A stretch of DNA of 64,000 nt from Octopus sinensis (GCF_006345805.1 NC_042997.1:66960001-67024000), one strand, 5' to 3'; positions 39,194 through 51,720 are shown, counted from the stretch's first letter. The notes: generated by a model not told the origin, from the letters alone. Numbers and translations are program-made.

Positions 39194-39199
<6 letters not shown>
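38039..39199 (-). mobile_element. Probable solo LTR
   Basis: TGTTACGA..TCACAACA ends; TATAT on both flanks (weak TSD within TA repeats); ATAAA-like signal on the minus strand near the left end; internal tandem array. Confidence 0.5.
38819..39051. repeat. Tandem repeat, about 2.6 x 88-92 bp
   Basis: Units start ACTGTCAT at 38819, 38911 and 38999 and share CCCAGATTCCTTACTCTGTCTTCCTCGGCCCT. Confidence 0.9.
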
Positions 39200-39260
<61 letters not shown>

Positions 39261-39299
39261 TGAACAAGTAATACTTGTTATCCTATTTTTATTAATTTC

Positions 39300-40600
39300 C
39301 TTTGATTCATGAAGCTTAAATATTTTCCGTATTTTTCATTAATAAATCCTTTTAGTCATTTTCATTAATAATTTATTCTTTTTTACGCAACGTCTCCACG
39401 AGTTTTATTTCTTATAAACGCTAAGAACTATTCTTTTACGTTTAAAATCTAGTGATATTTTCTCAACTAAACTAAACTGAATTTTGTTTGGATTTTGTAT
39501 TGTATTGGGATTAATAGTTGTTGTTGATATTGTTATTGAATTATTAATAGGGGGCTGTTAGTTGTTGTTGGGTGTCTTCATGGTAGTTTCTCCATAAGTT
39601 GTATTTTTTTCTCACCTTTCTTTAGTTCATGAGGCTTAAATGTTTTTTCGTATTTTTCGTATTTTTCATTGATAAAAAGATTTGCCGTTTTCATTGAGAA
39701 TTTATCCTATTTTTTTGCACTATGTCTTCACGCGTTAAATTTTATAAACGCTATTAACTATTTTTTACGTTTAAAATTCAGTTACATTTTTCCTTCGGCA
39801 AGCTAAGTTACATTTTATTGTTTATCTATTTCATTTGGATTTTGAATCGTTTTGGGTTTGAAATTATGATTAATATTGTTAATTTCATTGTTGATTGATT
39901 CTAGTTTCAGCTCATGAGCTGTGGCCATGCTGGGGCTGAAATATTATTTATTTATAGTTTCTTGATAGTTATTATTTACAGTCGTTATTAGTTATGATAT
40001 CTATCCATTTTTATTAAGGGATTTAACGTTTTACATATAATTTAATTTGAGAATTAGTTTCATTAGACTACACATTATTTAATAATAAGGTAATATTTTT
40101 ATTAAGTAGTATTACATTTAAGTAAAATAGTTTTTATTTTAATTAATATTATGTTCAACTTTATTATCGTGTGAAATATTGAATCTATAGATATTACACA
40201 TATATATTAATAAAATAGTTTATATAATGGATTTGTGTATATTTGAACCATTTCCTATTTTCGCCATTATACCACTTTTATATATATTGATAGTTATTAA
40301 TTATTATATCTATTTATTTAAAATGATTTATTATTATTTTTATAAAGGGATCTAACGTATTACATTTAATTTAATTTGAGAATTAATTTTGTTAGACAAT
40401 ATATTATTTAATAATTTGGAGGTATATTGATTATGTAGTATTAAATTTAAGCAAATTAGGTATTATATTAATTGATATTTAGTCAACTATATTATTGAGT
40501 GATATATTAAATCTATAGAAACTACACATATAAATTAATTAACTTATTTTATGAGTTAACTTATTTTATGAGCTTGTCTATATTTGAACCATTTCTTATT
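39300..40600. repeat. Two successive degenerate tandem duplications (about 320 and 330 bp) of very AT-rich sequence
   Basis: TTCATGA(A/G)GCTTAAAT at 39306/39626; AAGGGAT(T/C)TAACGT at 40016/40345, with colinear similarity downstream. Confidence 0.7.
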
Positions 40601-40815
40601 TTGATTACAATATTAATGACTTGTACTAGCATTGTGTATATTAATTAATTTTAAAGTATTGCATAATTTAAGTATTGTTTTTAGTTTTCACTTAATGTAT
40701 ATTTAATATCTTATATATATATATATATATATATATTTTAAAGAATATATTTATATTTTAAAAGATTATTTACGTATATTTATTAATTAATTATTTTATT
40801 ATTGTAGTTTATTTT

Positions 40816-40919
40816 TAACCTGATGAGTGGCTATATTTATATCGAAGTGATTTTATTACTACTATTAATTTTTTTACTATAATCATTTCTTAAATATAGC
40901 CACGAAACACGTGTCGTTA
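40816..40919 (+). ncRNA. Type I hammerhead ribozyme motif (HHR2), GUC cleavage after 40915
   Basis: TAAC-CTGATGA-GTGGCTATATTT..AAATATAGCCAC-GAAA-CACGTG-TC|GTTA: 12-bp perfect stem II, palindromic stem III ACACGUGU, intact core; in a roughly 340-bp cassette between two (TA)n runs. Confidence 0.85.
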
Positions 40920-41071
40920 TTCTACTAAATATATACGTATTTATTATTATTTTGCAATTTACTTAATCATCGGTATATTATTGTTATTTTATTTTTAATA
41001 TTTCTATTATACGTAATTTTCTAGATGGTGTAATTTTATTGTGCATTTTGAACTGATAAAAGGTGTTTTTT

Positions 41072-41129
<58 letters not shown>

Positions 41130-41984
41130 TGAGATTTGATTTAGTATTTCTAAATTGAATAGTCATGATTCTTCCATAATATTAGTGTTTACAAAGAAAG
41201 ACAAAGAAAAGAAAAATAGAGGGAAAAAAGATAAAGGGGGGGAAGAAGAGAAAAAGAGCAGAAAGAGAAAAAATACATCGATGCCGCATAAAGTGCTTCA
41301 ATTGGTCGCACACCACAAAGTTCAGTGGAACCTACTGAAGCAAGCCAGCACGCTCGCAGTACTACTACGGGCGAAGGTGAGGCTAAAGTGTTGGAAAAGC
41401 CAAGCGCCCTCACAGGCGTCACCTGATATCTTAGTAAGACGAGCTGCTAACGATGACGAGAACTTCGCGGTTTAGTTCGAACCACGCAAATGAAAGGATA
41501 TGAGAAACTTTAATACCTGCCGTTAAGGCGAACTCGGGAAGGTTCTGGATCAAATTCGCTCGGAATAATTTATTCTAGAAAAGAAGAGAGTTACGTGGTG
41601 TAGAATGTCGATTCTATTCTGTGGTGCTGCTTTCACAATATTCTATTTGAAAAGAGAGCGAAGTGAAGGTTTTGCTACTGTCCGAAAAAGGCAAGGCAAA
41701 AAAGGGCTGAAAATTCTTTTTAACCTCACATTATAATCAAATGAAAAAAATGGTGAACCATAACACGTTTTTTGTTGCACGAAGGTGTCACTTGAAATGC
41801 GTAAAGTACGTTTATGCAAATTTTCTAATATTGGTCTTCAAATGTTTTGTTCAATATATTATGGACATGAGGTGCAGAAATAATAGCAGTATAAATCAAG
41901 AGGTTTTTTTTTCCTCCTACAAGAAAAAATATTGTCTCAACTCTTATTTTATGCAGTGATAGGAAGAAGACTTCTTTTCTACTT

Positions 41985-42170
41985 TAGGCACAAGGCCCGA
42001 AATTTTGGAGGAGGAGCTAGTCGATTAGATCGCAACTGGTACTTATTTTATCGACTCCAAAAGGATGAAAGGCAAAGTCGACCTCGGCGGAATTTGAACT
42101 CAGAACGTAAAGACAGACGAAATGCCGCTAAGCATTTAGCTCGGCGCAGTAACGATTCTATCAGCTTACA
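41985..42170 (-). mobile_element. SINE family A
   Basis: AAAGGATGAAAGGCAAAGTCGACCTCGGCGGAATTTGAACTC, as in 37190-37235. Confidence 0.8.
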
Positions 42171-42929
42171 TACAAATAACAAATTGATGAAGTTTTCATG
42201 ATTTTTTAAATATATTAGTGGGGTCTTTGCATTTGTTTTTCGCTGAAGCATAATTTGAATGTTTTGAAGTTTTATGACAAAACAGTATTTTCGCTTCTCG
42301 AAAATGTAAAGTCTTTTGTTTTATTCGATAGCGCGAAATTAACAGTTGCAGCGAATCCTCAAGTATGGTTTTCTTCACCAAGGCTGGTAATATTTTTACA
42401 GTTAATTGCTCAGTGTTTATAGAAGAGGAAACAAAAAGATGCCTAAAGACTTGTCAAAATATGTTTGCATACAACTATTTTGTTGATATAAATGAATGGA
42501 AGTTGTTAGTGTAGAGATAAAATTATTAAACTCAAAGAAGAGGTATTGGATTGGCATTGTTGTGGTATTTAGTAACAGGGGTTTAATTTTTAATTTCAAG
42601 CCCAACTATGGCCAATTTAATATACTTGTCTTCTTTGAAATGAGGTCGATAACATATAGCACCAGTGAAATCTTGAGATTAGCTTCTATTCTTTTAAAGC
42701 ATCCTTAATGCAAACAGAAATATAACAGATGACAAGAAAAGCAGGTAGAGCGGCGAACAAATTACTTACTCTCTTATGTCCTTTTGACAGTTCAAATTCT
42801 GTCTTTACTTTTCGTCGTTCGGAGGTTGATAAACATACACCCCACACATACACCCCACGCATACTCACTTGTGTGGTTTAGGGCTAACAATAATATCAGA
42901 AATCATTATTAGCTTCGCTTATTATGCTC

Positions 42930-43290
42930 TCGCTCCTCATAGAGCATTGGACGACGAAAGATCTCCATCCAGTACTGTCGCCATCTTCCAGGTTAGGTCT
43001 ATGTGTACCAGGTCTTCCACTATCTTTTACGAGGTCTTGATAGGTCTGCTTCACCTCTTCTGTTTCTACTTAAATCAGACCCTCACTAGTTTCTTTGTGA
43101 TCATGTGTAGAGCATGACCGAGTGTCTTCCGCTCTTTTATAGCAATGATACTCCAAAGGTTACTCAGCTCATCCTTTACCACGACTTCGTCATTCTTGAT
43201 GTGGTTGCGCCAAGAAATTCTTAGCCTTGCTCAAAGGCAGTGTTTGTGGAAGACACCTGCATTTCCATCCATTCTGTTGGTCTTTTTTCT
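42930..43290 (-). pseudogene. Decayed RTE C-terminal fragment
   Basis: Minus-strand remnant LRISWRNHIKNDEV..KTLGH, typical of the RTE ORF end; many stops. Confidence 0.5.
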
Positions 43291-44199
43291 CGTTTTGCAG
43301 ACATTAGTTATCGATATGACTTGATGTATACAAGCGGTGTTTGGTGTCTTGATTGACGGAGGAGTTGTTGGATCATACAAGCTCCAGGCACCGAAAGCGA
43401 GCAGAAAGTTTGCTGAGCTGCTTTTACACGTTAGTTTCCAAGTTGCCATTGATAGTGATGTTACTGCGCAGGTTTGTGAACGAATTACCGACTTGCGATT
43501 AGATTCTGGATTCTCAACCAGAAATTGAAACCTCAGTCTGAATGTTTCAGCAAACTTCTCTCCTTTATTCTTTAGATTTGCACTCGAAGATTTATGAGAG
43601 TCAGCTGTCAGCTTCTTGACCATCTTGGGTTGAGTTCAGTTCTACATAGATAATCCACGAAGTATCCTTTATTAGTGTAACATAGTTTGGAACTGTTATA
43701 GATACGAAACTAAATAGAATTCTCGCTTTTTGACTCGGCACCTAGAGCGGAAGTAACTTGCCTACTTTCTTTCCTCAGCGTCCTCAGAGAGATGTCTCCT
43801 CTTTATTAGGATGTTGTCACGAAGGTAACATAACTTTTTTATTCTCTCAGTAACTTCCAGAAAGGGAAATTCTTTTAATTTCTTCCTAAACTGTTCATTC
43901 GGCCACTTTGTCGTAAATTACAATGGCCAGAGATATCTATGCGAAGTACAACAGAACTATTACCAACCTTTATGTACTAACAACTCGAATTAGTTGTTTG
44001 TCTCATAGCGCTAAATAAAAGTTATGTAAACTATGATATTTCTTTTGTCATCTATTTCCATGAATTATACATTTAGCAATATGCAGAACTTTTCAACTGT
44101 ACTAAACTTCATCAACACCTTGACCTTAACATTCTAACAACACAAAACACAATCATGGCTACCGTTCATTTGTTACAGGTTTCACGAAGCTGTGGAGCT

Positions 44200-44640
44200 C
44201 CATCATTCCCGCTTGTTATCGTTTCTGTGCCCAATTACGTATTTGATATCTGACGTGATAGAAACAAATTAGCAGACCTACGTTCAGACATTCTCTCCGA
44301 GGCTTGGAAATCTACCCTCACTGCCTCAATGAATCTGATTGAAGTTTCCATTTGCTTGAAAGCCTTCGTTTCATAGAGCCGCAGTCTTGGCCGTCTGTAT
44401 CTTTTTTAAAGTTATTTTTTAAGAATCCTTCCAATCATTAGATTACGGTCTGAGTTAACACCTGCTCCGTTGTAGGCGCGGAATTCTTGCAAATATGGCC
44501 ATCACCCAGGACTAATGCAGATGAGACCGATGTTATTTCAGATGTTATCAAAAGAAGCTCAAATTCGGCTGCCATCAATTTTGTCTACCATCAATGGGGC
44601 TTCAAAACTATAGAAACCAATAATGTACAAGATCGACACC
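44200..44640 (-). pseudogene. Decayed LINE APE/linker fragment
   Basis: Minus-strand remnant RAYNGAGVNSDRNLMIGRI resembles the APE C-terminal motif RxxxGADxxSDHxL. Confidence 0.45.
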
Positions 44641-45771
44641 CATCGCACAAATGTTTGTCTTAGTATCAAAGCTAGAAATAATTATTATTGATTTCTAATA
44701 TTAGCACAAGGTCACATATTTAGAGTAGTGGTGATGGGGTGGGATCGATTATATCGATCTCAGTACTTGACTGGAACTTATTTGATCAAACTAAGATAAG
44801 ATAAAAAGGCAAAATATTGTCACGTCATCGGCCAGGATTGGATCTTTAGATTGGGACTATCAGTTTAGATTGGCTCGATCGACTATCAGTTTAGATTGGC
44901 TCGATCGATTTCAGTTCATGAACATGGTCTTTGTTCATGGACAAATCACTTAACTTTCAATAGTTCTATTTATTTAGGTTTTGTGTGTCTCATGATTTAT
45001 TTGTTGGTTGAAAATATGATTAAAAACTATTTCACATATATCTTTTCTGTTTATTTTCCCGGGTATTAATCTTAATCAAATAAAAGATAAGTTACTCCAA
45101 CGGCACAGTGAAAGCGAAAATGAGATATGCTTTCAATGTTGCATTCCGGCAGCAGCGTCTTGTAGCATCGTTCCCAAAAGTTTCGGGGTTTTCAGCTACC
45201 TCTCCACAGCAAGCACCCCGACTCAGGTGTGGTAGATCGAACAGAGAAAGATAGTGATCCTAGCCCCAATAGAACACCGATTAATATATGTTTTCCATGA
45301 AGGTATGACCGGAACTAATCACTACAAGCTAACGAGGAACTCAATTTCTTCCACAGTTGCCACTTCTAATAGCTTTGAAATGATAGGCGCTACTATCCCA
45401 TTTCTATTTTACCTGTTACTTGCTGGAGCCAGTTATCCTAACAGAAACTTCAGGAGAAAGCAGATACTAACCTGCTCTATTGGTATTTCGTTCCGACATC
45501 TGCTTTCGACGATAGATTTACGTGCGCGCGTGTACGCACACATACACACACGCACGTACGCATACATACACCCAGACGTATATACACTTGCAAAAACCCA
45601 TACATATACACATACATACGTACATATATATATATGTGCATATATATATATATATATTTATTACATTCCACACAATATATGCACACATACATACACAAAC
45701 ATATGTATACACATATATACACTCATACGTATAAACACACAAACACACATGGACAGATACAGAAGGACCTC

Positions 45772-46376
45772 AATTCTTCATCAGTTATCGACTGAAAATA
45801 CCAATACCCAGTTTCGTGCCTTTAACAATAAAACTAGAAACTTCGTATATCGGCGGAACCCGCAAGATTTGCGTAGAATTTGGGCTCGAGCGAGCAAAAC
45901 AATATAGGATGGACGTACGAAAGTAAACAAATGTAATTTAAAACAATAGACGAAGACAATAAATAGCGCCTTTCGGCCAAACACGAGATTGATGGATTAA
46001 CGCCAGGAACAAATCCTCAAATGGATATAAAAGCAGAATTAGTAAGAGAGGAGAGAAAGTTAACCAGCACGCTAGGCGTCCGGTGGCGAAAAGGCAGAGA
46101 AAATAGAAAATCAGTCACGGGTCACGTGTGGGTAGCAGAAATAGAAGGGAAGGAAATGAGAGAGAGAGAGATAGTGAGTGAGAAAGAGGGAGGGAGGGAG
46201 AGAGAGTGTAAGAGAGAAAGAGAGAGAGAACAAGGGAAGGAAAGGAGGAACTCTACAATTAAGTATTAGAAGACGAGAGAGAGAGAAGGAACCGCCGATA
46301 TACGAAGTTACCAGTCTTACCATTAAAGGCACGAAACTGGGTATTAGTATTTTCGGTCGATAATTGATGAAGAATT
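45772..46376. repeat. 85-bp inverted repeats flanking a roughly 435-bp CpG-containing spacer
   Basis: 45772-45856 versus 46292-46376 (CCGCCGATATACGAAGTT..GGCACGAAACTGGGTATT..GTCGATAAYTGATGAAGAATT). Confidence 0.8.
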
Positions 46377-46479
46377 AGGATCTTTCTCTCATACGTGTAC
46401 GTTTTGTAGTATTTAATGCATTTTTCATTTATGGAATAACTGAACGCCACGCATCCCGAATTTTGTTAACAGTATATAT

Positions 46480-48540
46480 ATATTAAAATTGCTATAGAAA
46501 AATTATAAGTTAGAGGTTATGCAACCGTCAAAGGGATAAATGTATCCGTAGGCACTACTGGTGTATTACCTCACTATGTTTAGGCCTTGCTATAAGGTCA
46601 ACAGTAGTTGGTAATTTAAATGGTGAAACCGTGGTTTAATATATTCAGATAAGAAAAGAAATGAAGCAACAATTAACAATTAGAAGTTGATCATTGGTAT
46701 TAAAAGGTCATAGTATAATTGTAGTGCAAGAACATTTACAGCTGTTTCAGTTTGTTATTTCGAAGTAAATTTGCATTTATCTCGTTCCATTTAACAAACA
46801 TCATCAGAATGATTTAGAGCTTATCAGAGGAATATAGATAGGAGAAAAAGGGAAATGAAAAGAAAAAGGAAAAAAGGAAAAGTTCGTTAAGTCTTTAAGC
46901 TTACATTTTTGTGCCCTTTTTGGGGTTCCACGTGTGTGTACGTTTCTTCAATTAGATGAATGGAGCAATAAGTGGGGGAAATGACTAGTTGACCGGCGAT
47001 GTTAGTCGAAAGAATTATACCTGGTAGTAATATCTGGTGTTGTTAATTGTAATATATAACGCTGTTTGTGACCGCTAGATAAGTCCCTATGATTACAAAT
47101 AATGCCCCTGTTAAAAACTAAGAATGCTTTTAAAAGGTTAGTGCGATATAATGTATAAATTTGGGTTACGTAAAAGGTATAATAATAAATATATGAATAA
47201 AAAATAACATGTTATGTGCAGGGCGGGCTATCTACTTGTTAATATAATTAAAATCCAATACAGTCGGCTAGGATAAGCTAAATCGCTCGTTTAAGCATGT
47301 TTATGTTAGTGGCCGTCCTAGCAATTGGTATGTTAGTCAGCGATCTGACTTTAAAGTGAATATATTATAGAGAATTACATGTCTTGGTGTACATCGTAGA
47401 TTTAAGATAGATAATTCAGTTAATCGGGGTAATTTAATTGTGATGTAATGTTAAATTATGTTCTGTGGTAAGGAGAAGGGTTAGGGGAGGTAATCAGATG
47501 TTAGGCAGGTCAGCTAATAACCTGTAATGTAGGTATTAGCGGTATTTAGCGAAAAAGAATTATTTTGATGTAAACATGTTCTATTTTTCTCATCTCGTTT
47601 ATTAAGTAATTCTGATTTGGCATTTAAAATGAAGAATTTCTCATTTATGCATAAATTACAGCGACTATTTTTAAGGTTATATGAAGATATTTTGGCTAGG
47701 ATATGCCATTCTAATCTATAATTAATGTTATTATCTTTCAGTTCCCAGATATAACTACTCAATCCGGTAGAGTTAGCCTTACTTCTATTTCTGAAACTTG
47801 GGAATTTTATCTAAGTTTCATTTCATTTTTTGTTGCTCTTATATAAGTTTACTTGTAATTATTGGAGAATACATCACATTGGTAGATTACAATTTTAGTT
47901 TTACATTTATTCAAGAATTCACAAGTATTTTTATCTCTGCAACCACATAGATTTGTAAGATTATCTGTGCCTATGAATTGAGGTGGGGGAATTATCATTT
48001 ATAAGGTGGCTGTCCGAATTTTTAGAGGGCGAGTTATTTGGGGGATCACTTATATCAATCGATTGGTTGTTGCGCTTTTTTTATTGTTATTCTTCCTAGT
48101 TTCATAGAAGGCGTTTAACTTTTTATTCTTGAGAGAGGTTATAATAGTAGCTAGGTTGCTAGTTAGGCTATGGCCTACTCCAGTTTTATTGCTAAAGATT
48201 TCTGAGTATTTCGTGTTCATATTGAAGTGCTTATTTATAAGTTTCATTATAGATTTAACTATATTGGTTTTTAGTTGTATCGCGAAGGAGATTATTAGCC
48301 AGATGTTATCTTTATTGTTATCTTGTTATTTATCTTTATGTTATCTTATTACTTCTAATATTTTTGTTTTTGGTATAAAAACTGCCCTCAGTATTATTGT
48401 AGATCGTAAAGTTATAGTTATAATTCTTCTTCTTCTTCCTTCTATTATTATTTTTATTACTATTGCTATCAGCTTTGGTAGGGTTGATCCTATTCGATTT
48501 ATTCTTTTTACTCGATTTATATGTACGACTTCAGTTCATT
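46480..48540 (-). mobile_element. 5'-truncated Penelope-like element (RT thumb/linker + GIY-YIG endonuclease remnant + 3' region)
   Basis: Minus-strand remnants KTNIVKSIMKLINKHF..IFSNKT, CGCRDKNTC..KCKTKIVIYQC..TYIRAT..KLR, SSYIWELKDNNINYRLEWHIL..RCNLCINEK..LNKR; stops and frameshifts. Confidence 0.85.
46733..46811 (-). ncRNA. Type I hammerhead ribozyme motif (HHR3), sense to and downstream of the Penelope-like ORF
   Basis: Minus strand CATT-CTGATGA-TGTTTGTT..AACAAACT-GAAA-CAGCTG-TA|AATG; palindrome ACAGCUGU; U.U mismatch at the base of stem II. Confidence 0.75.
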
Positions 48541-48670
48541 ATCACTGAGGGTTTGGGTATGAGACGCTGTCTGCCAAGTTTGTGCCAAAACTGCTTTTAG
48601 CTGACCAAAAAGACACTCAGGTTTCAGTTGCACAAGATGTTCTTGATTGTGTCGAGAATGATGAAAACTT
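48540..48670 (+). pseudogene. Mariner transposase fragment
   Basis: ITEGLGMRRLSAKFVPKLL..VAQDVLDCVENDEN (WVP-type linker motif). Confidence 0.7.
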
Positions 48671-48959
48671 ATAGAAAACTTTGCGTATGCCTCTGAGCAG
48701 GTATCACCAAGCTTTTGGGGAAAACTTGATGCAGATTCTCTACTCCGCTCTCTTTGTGATTCTCAATGCAATGACCACACACACTACACACCTTCCTTCC
48801 AAACACTGCTGTAGAAAAAGGAAGTAAGCAAGAACGTGAGAACTTAGTGCGTATGCACAAGAGTTCAAGGTCAACCTGTGTCAAGCGGCTTCACTCTCTG
48901 TGCTTTAGCTTCGTAAAAGTCCGGGTATTTATTGATCAGACCACGTATATATGCATGTA

Positions 48960-49186
48960 CACCAATCCCTCAACTATCGCGGGTGTTACGTTCCAAAACC
49001 CACCTTGATAGGTGAAAACCTGCGAAGTAGAAACAGTACTTTACAGTATATATATATATTTTTACTATTTTTATAATTTGTATATATTTATTTTATTATA
49101 AATGTAAAACAACACCATGGAGGAATTGACATGAGCTTAAATAATAAGCCGCGATAGGCAAACTGCGATATGGCGACGGATTACTA
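48960..49186. mobile_element. Pogo/Tigger-like MITE
   Basis: Imperfect TIRs AATCCCTCAACTATCGCGG / GCGATATGGCGACGGATTACT with TA flanks. Confidence 0.55.
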
Positions 49187-49525
49187 TGTATATGCAATTA
49201 AACATACGTAATTATATATACAAACATACTTACCTACATATGTACCTGCATACACACATATATACACATATATGTATACAATGACATATTTTTGTATATA
49301 TATATGCATGCATACATATATATAAACCTACTATCTACCTACCTACTTACCTACATAATACATACATACGTGCATACACAAATACATACATGCATATATA
49401 TATTTGCACACACACCTATAAATGCATAATATATTTGCACACACACGCATATATATACACGCACATACAAACATACACACATATATATGCATACTTATTT
49501 ACAAATACGCATGCATTTAACATGC

Positions 49526-49560
<35 letters not shown>

Positions 49561-50130
49561 AAAGTCTACACATACACACACACATACGGGCATATGTTTC
49601 AATATTATAAAGAGAAATGATTTTCGTTAAGATCCAATTAGTTTCCAGAAGCACTGATTTCATGGAAGGAATTGACTCTAATGATCAATTAAGGAAACTG
49701 TAGATGCCCTGTTGGGTATTTAGAGATATAGGCAGTAAAACTCAATTACCTGAAATCTTTTATTACTAGAACACTCTTATTCTGCTAGTAATGAATTGGA
49801 TATTCTCAGCTGCCAGCGATGTTCAGGAAGAATGTGATGCTGTGATTTTGTCATCTTCCATCTTGACGTGATAAAACAAAATCCACTTGAAGAAAACATA
49901 CATACAAACGTAATCAGATAAGCACAAGCAAACGATGGAGCCCATATATAGATGCTCGACCTGCAAGAAATATCTACCAAATAACCTTCAAGGTTACATT
50001 CTGGGACAAATTGTTCAGTGTACGTCAACTTACTATTCTCCCGATGGAACATAGGCCACCGGCGACGTTTCTCCACTATTCGTGTTTCTAGGTTGTCTTT
50101 TCTGCATCAAGATATATGTTTAAAGTGATG

Positions 50131-50532
50131 GTTTGTTGCCAACTTAATGTGGCAGTTCCAGGAAAAGGAAGAATGCTACTGCTATTTAACCCCAAGAAAC
50201 ATCGTTTCCAGTTGATTATATGACACAAGCGTTCTGTATCCTTAAGTTTTCAAACAGGGGAGATAAATACCTCCACGCAGCAAAGCCAGTAACCAGAGAC
50301 TAGTTTCAGAGTCATTGCTCTTAATCAGTCTGGCGCAGCTTGGCTTGCTAACTGTCGATGCTTATTCACCTTTGAAAACTTATAGAATTTCAAGTGAAAT
50401 AAATTCATTGATCTACAAAATTAGAAAGGACACAACGCTTGTGTTACAGCCAACTGGAAACGGTGTTTCCGGGGCTAAATAGCAGTAGCATTCTTCCTTT
50501 CCTGGAACTGCCACATTAAGTTGGCAACAAAC
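50131..50532. mobile_element. Fold-back element with a central hammerhead motif
   Basis: Arms 50131-50254 and 50371-50532 are reverse complements; the first roughly 84 bp are near-perfect. Confidence 0.8.
50293..50333 (-). ncRNA. Compact type I hammerhead motif (HHR4) with a G8U core substitution
   Basis: Minus strand CCAGA-CTGATTA-AGAG-CAATGA-CTCT-GAAA-CTAG-TC|TCTGG; all three stems pair; palindrome ACUAGU. Confidence 0.7.
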
Positions 50533-50992
50533 TTTATCGTGCTGCTACTGTATAATTCTCTCTGAGAGATTTAGAAATGTAATATTTCTAATTTTGATGT
50601 GTTTAGATATACTGAAAAGCCGCAACGGGCAGGACTGGAACGTCTTTTGTATTTGGTCTGCTGGGCCAGAGTTGATCTGCATCTGAACAGCAACAACAAC
50701 GACGGCAACACAGATATAGAGATACACATAATACACACATACATAGATACATAACGCTTTCCAGAAGTTTATCATTTATGTATATACGCACATGTCCAGA
50801 CATGCGATTATATGCATGAGAGTATATACATAAACCAAAACATACAAATCTGCACATGCTCTAAGTCCAAATACTTGACATATATACACATACATGCAAG
50901 AATGCCATATTGATGCTGTTGAAATTCCTTGGATCTAGGTTACAAACTAGCGTTTTCTCCATTGGCAAGAAATCTTGAATAAGACTGACTAA

Positions 50993-51023
<31 letters not shown>

Positions 51024-51249
51024 CATACATACATACATACATACACACACATACATACATAATACATACATACACACATACATACATACACACATACATA
51101 CATACATACATACATACATACATACATACATACATACACGCAAATGGAGCTATTTCAATATATTCTGTCAAAAAACAAGGTAGAGAAAAACAGAAAAATA
51201 TTCCTCCTTCTAACCTCTCTGTGCATTATTCCTGAGAGGGTCGTGGTTG

Positions 51250-51720
51250 GGGTAGAGCCCTCAGGCACCTTTTTCATAGGGTCCTATCAGAAGCAACCAT
51301 CAGTGAACTTTCAGGATGGACTACCAAGCGTGGTTAACTGAAACTATGGATATTATCCAACCGTCTCGTTCTTGGTCTACTCCTAGATCTCCAGCTTGAA
51401 GAATCTGTTTTGTGATTCTTTCTTGCAATATTCCAATTATATGTCCATAATATTGGAGATTTGAACTCTCAATGTGGAGAAGTAGTGGCTCAACCTGGAT
51501 AGACTCTCTGATCTCCAAGCTACACACCCTGTCAAGTAGCACTACTCCAAAGATCCTTCAGAGGATCTCTGTTTCGGCCGCTTGTATTCGCAATCGTATT
51601 CTTTCGGTTATTACCCAAAATTCATGGTCATAGGTGAGGATAGGCATGAAAACCGATATGAAGAAGGTGAGTTTGGCTTTCTTACCGACCTATCCTCTTC
51701 TTAGGATCGTATACTGGAGC
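51250..51720 (-). pseudogene. Decayed RTE (Expander/Rex3-like) C-terminal fragment
   Basis: Minus-strand remnant PILTYDHEFWVITERIRLRIQAAE..DRVCSLEIRESIQVEPLLLHIE..YYGH. Confidence 0.7.

Noticed and set aside
43231-43830. 130-aa minus-strand ORF as gag with an adjacent LTR
   Set aside because: Only a vague resemblance; no PBS, zinc knuckle or clear TG..CA boundaries.
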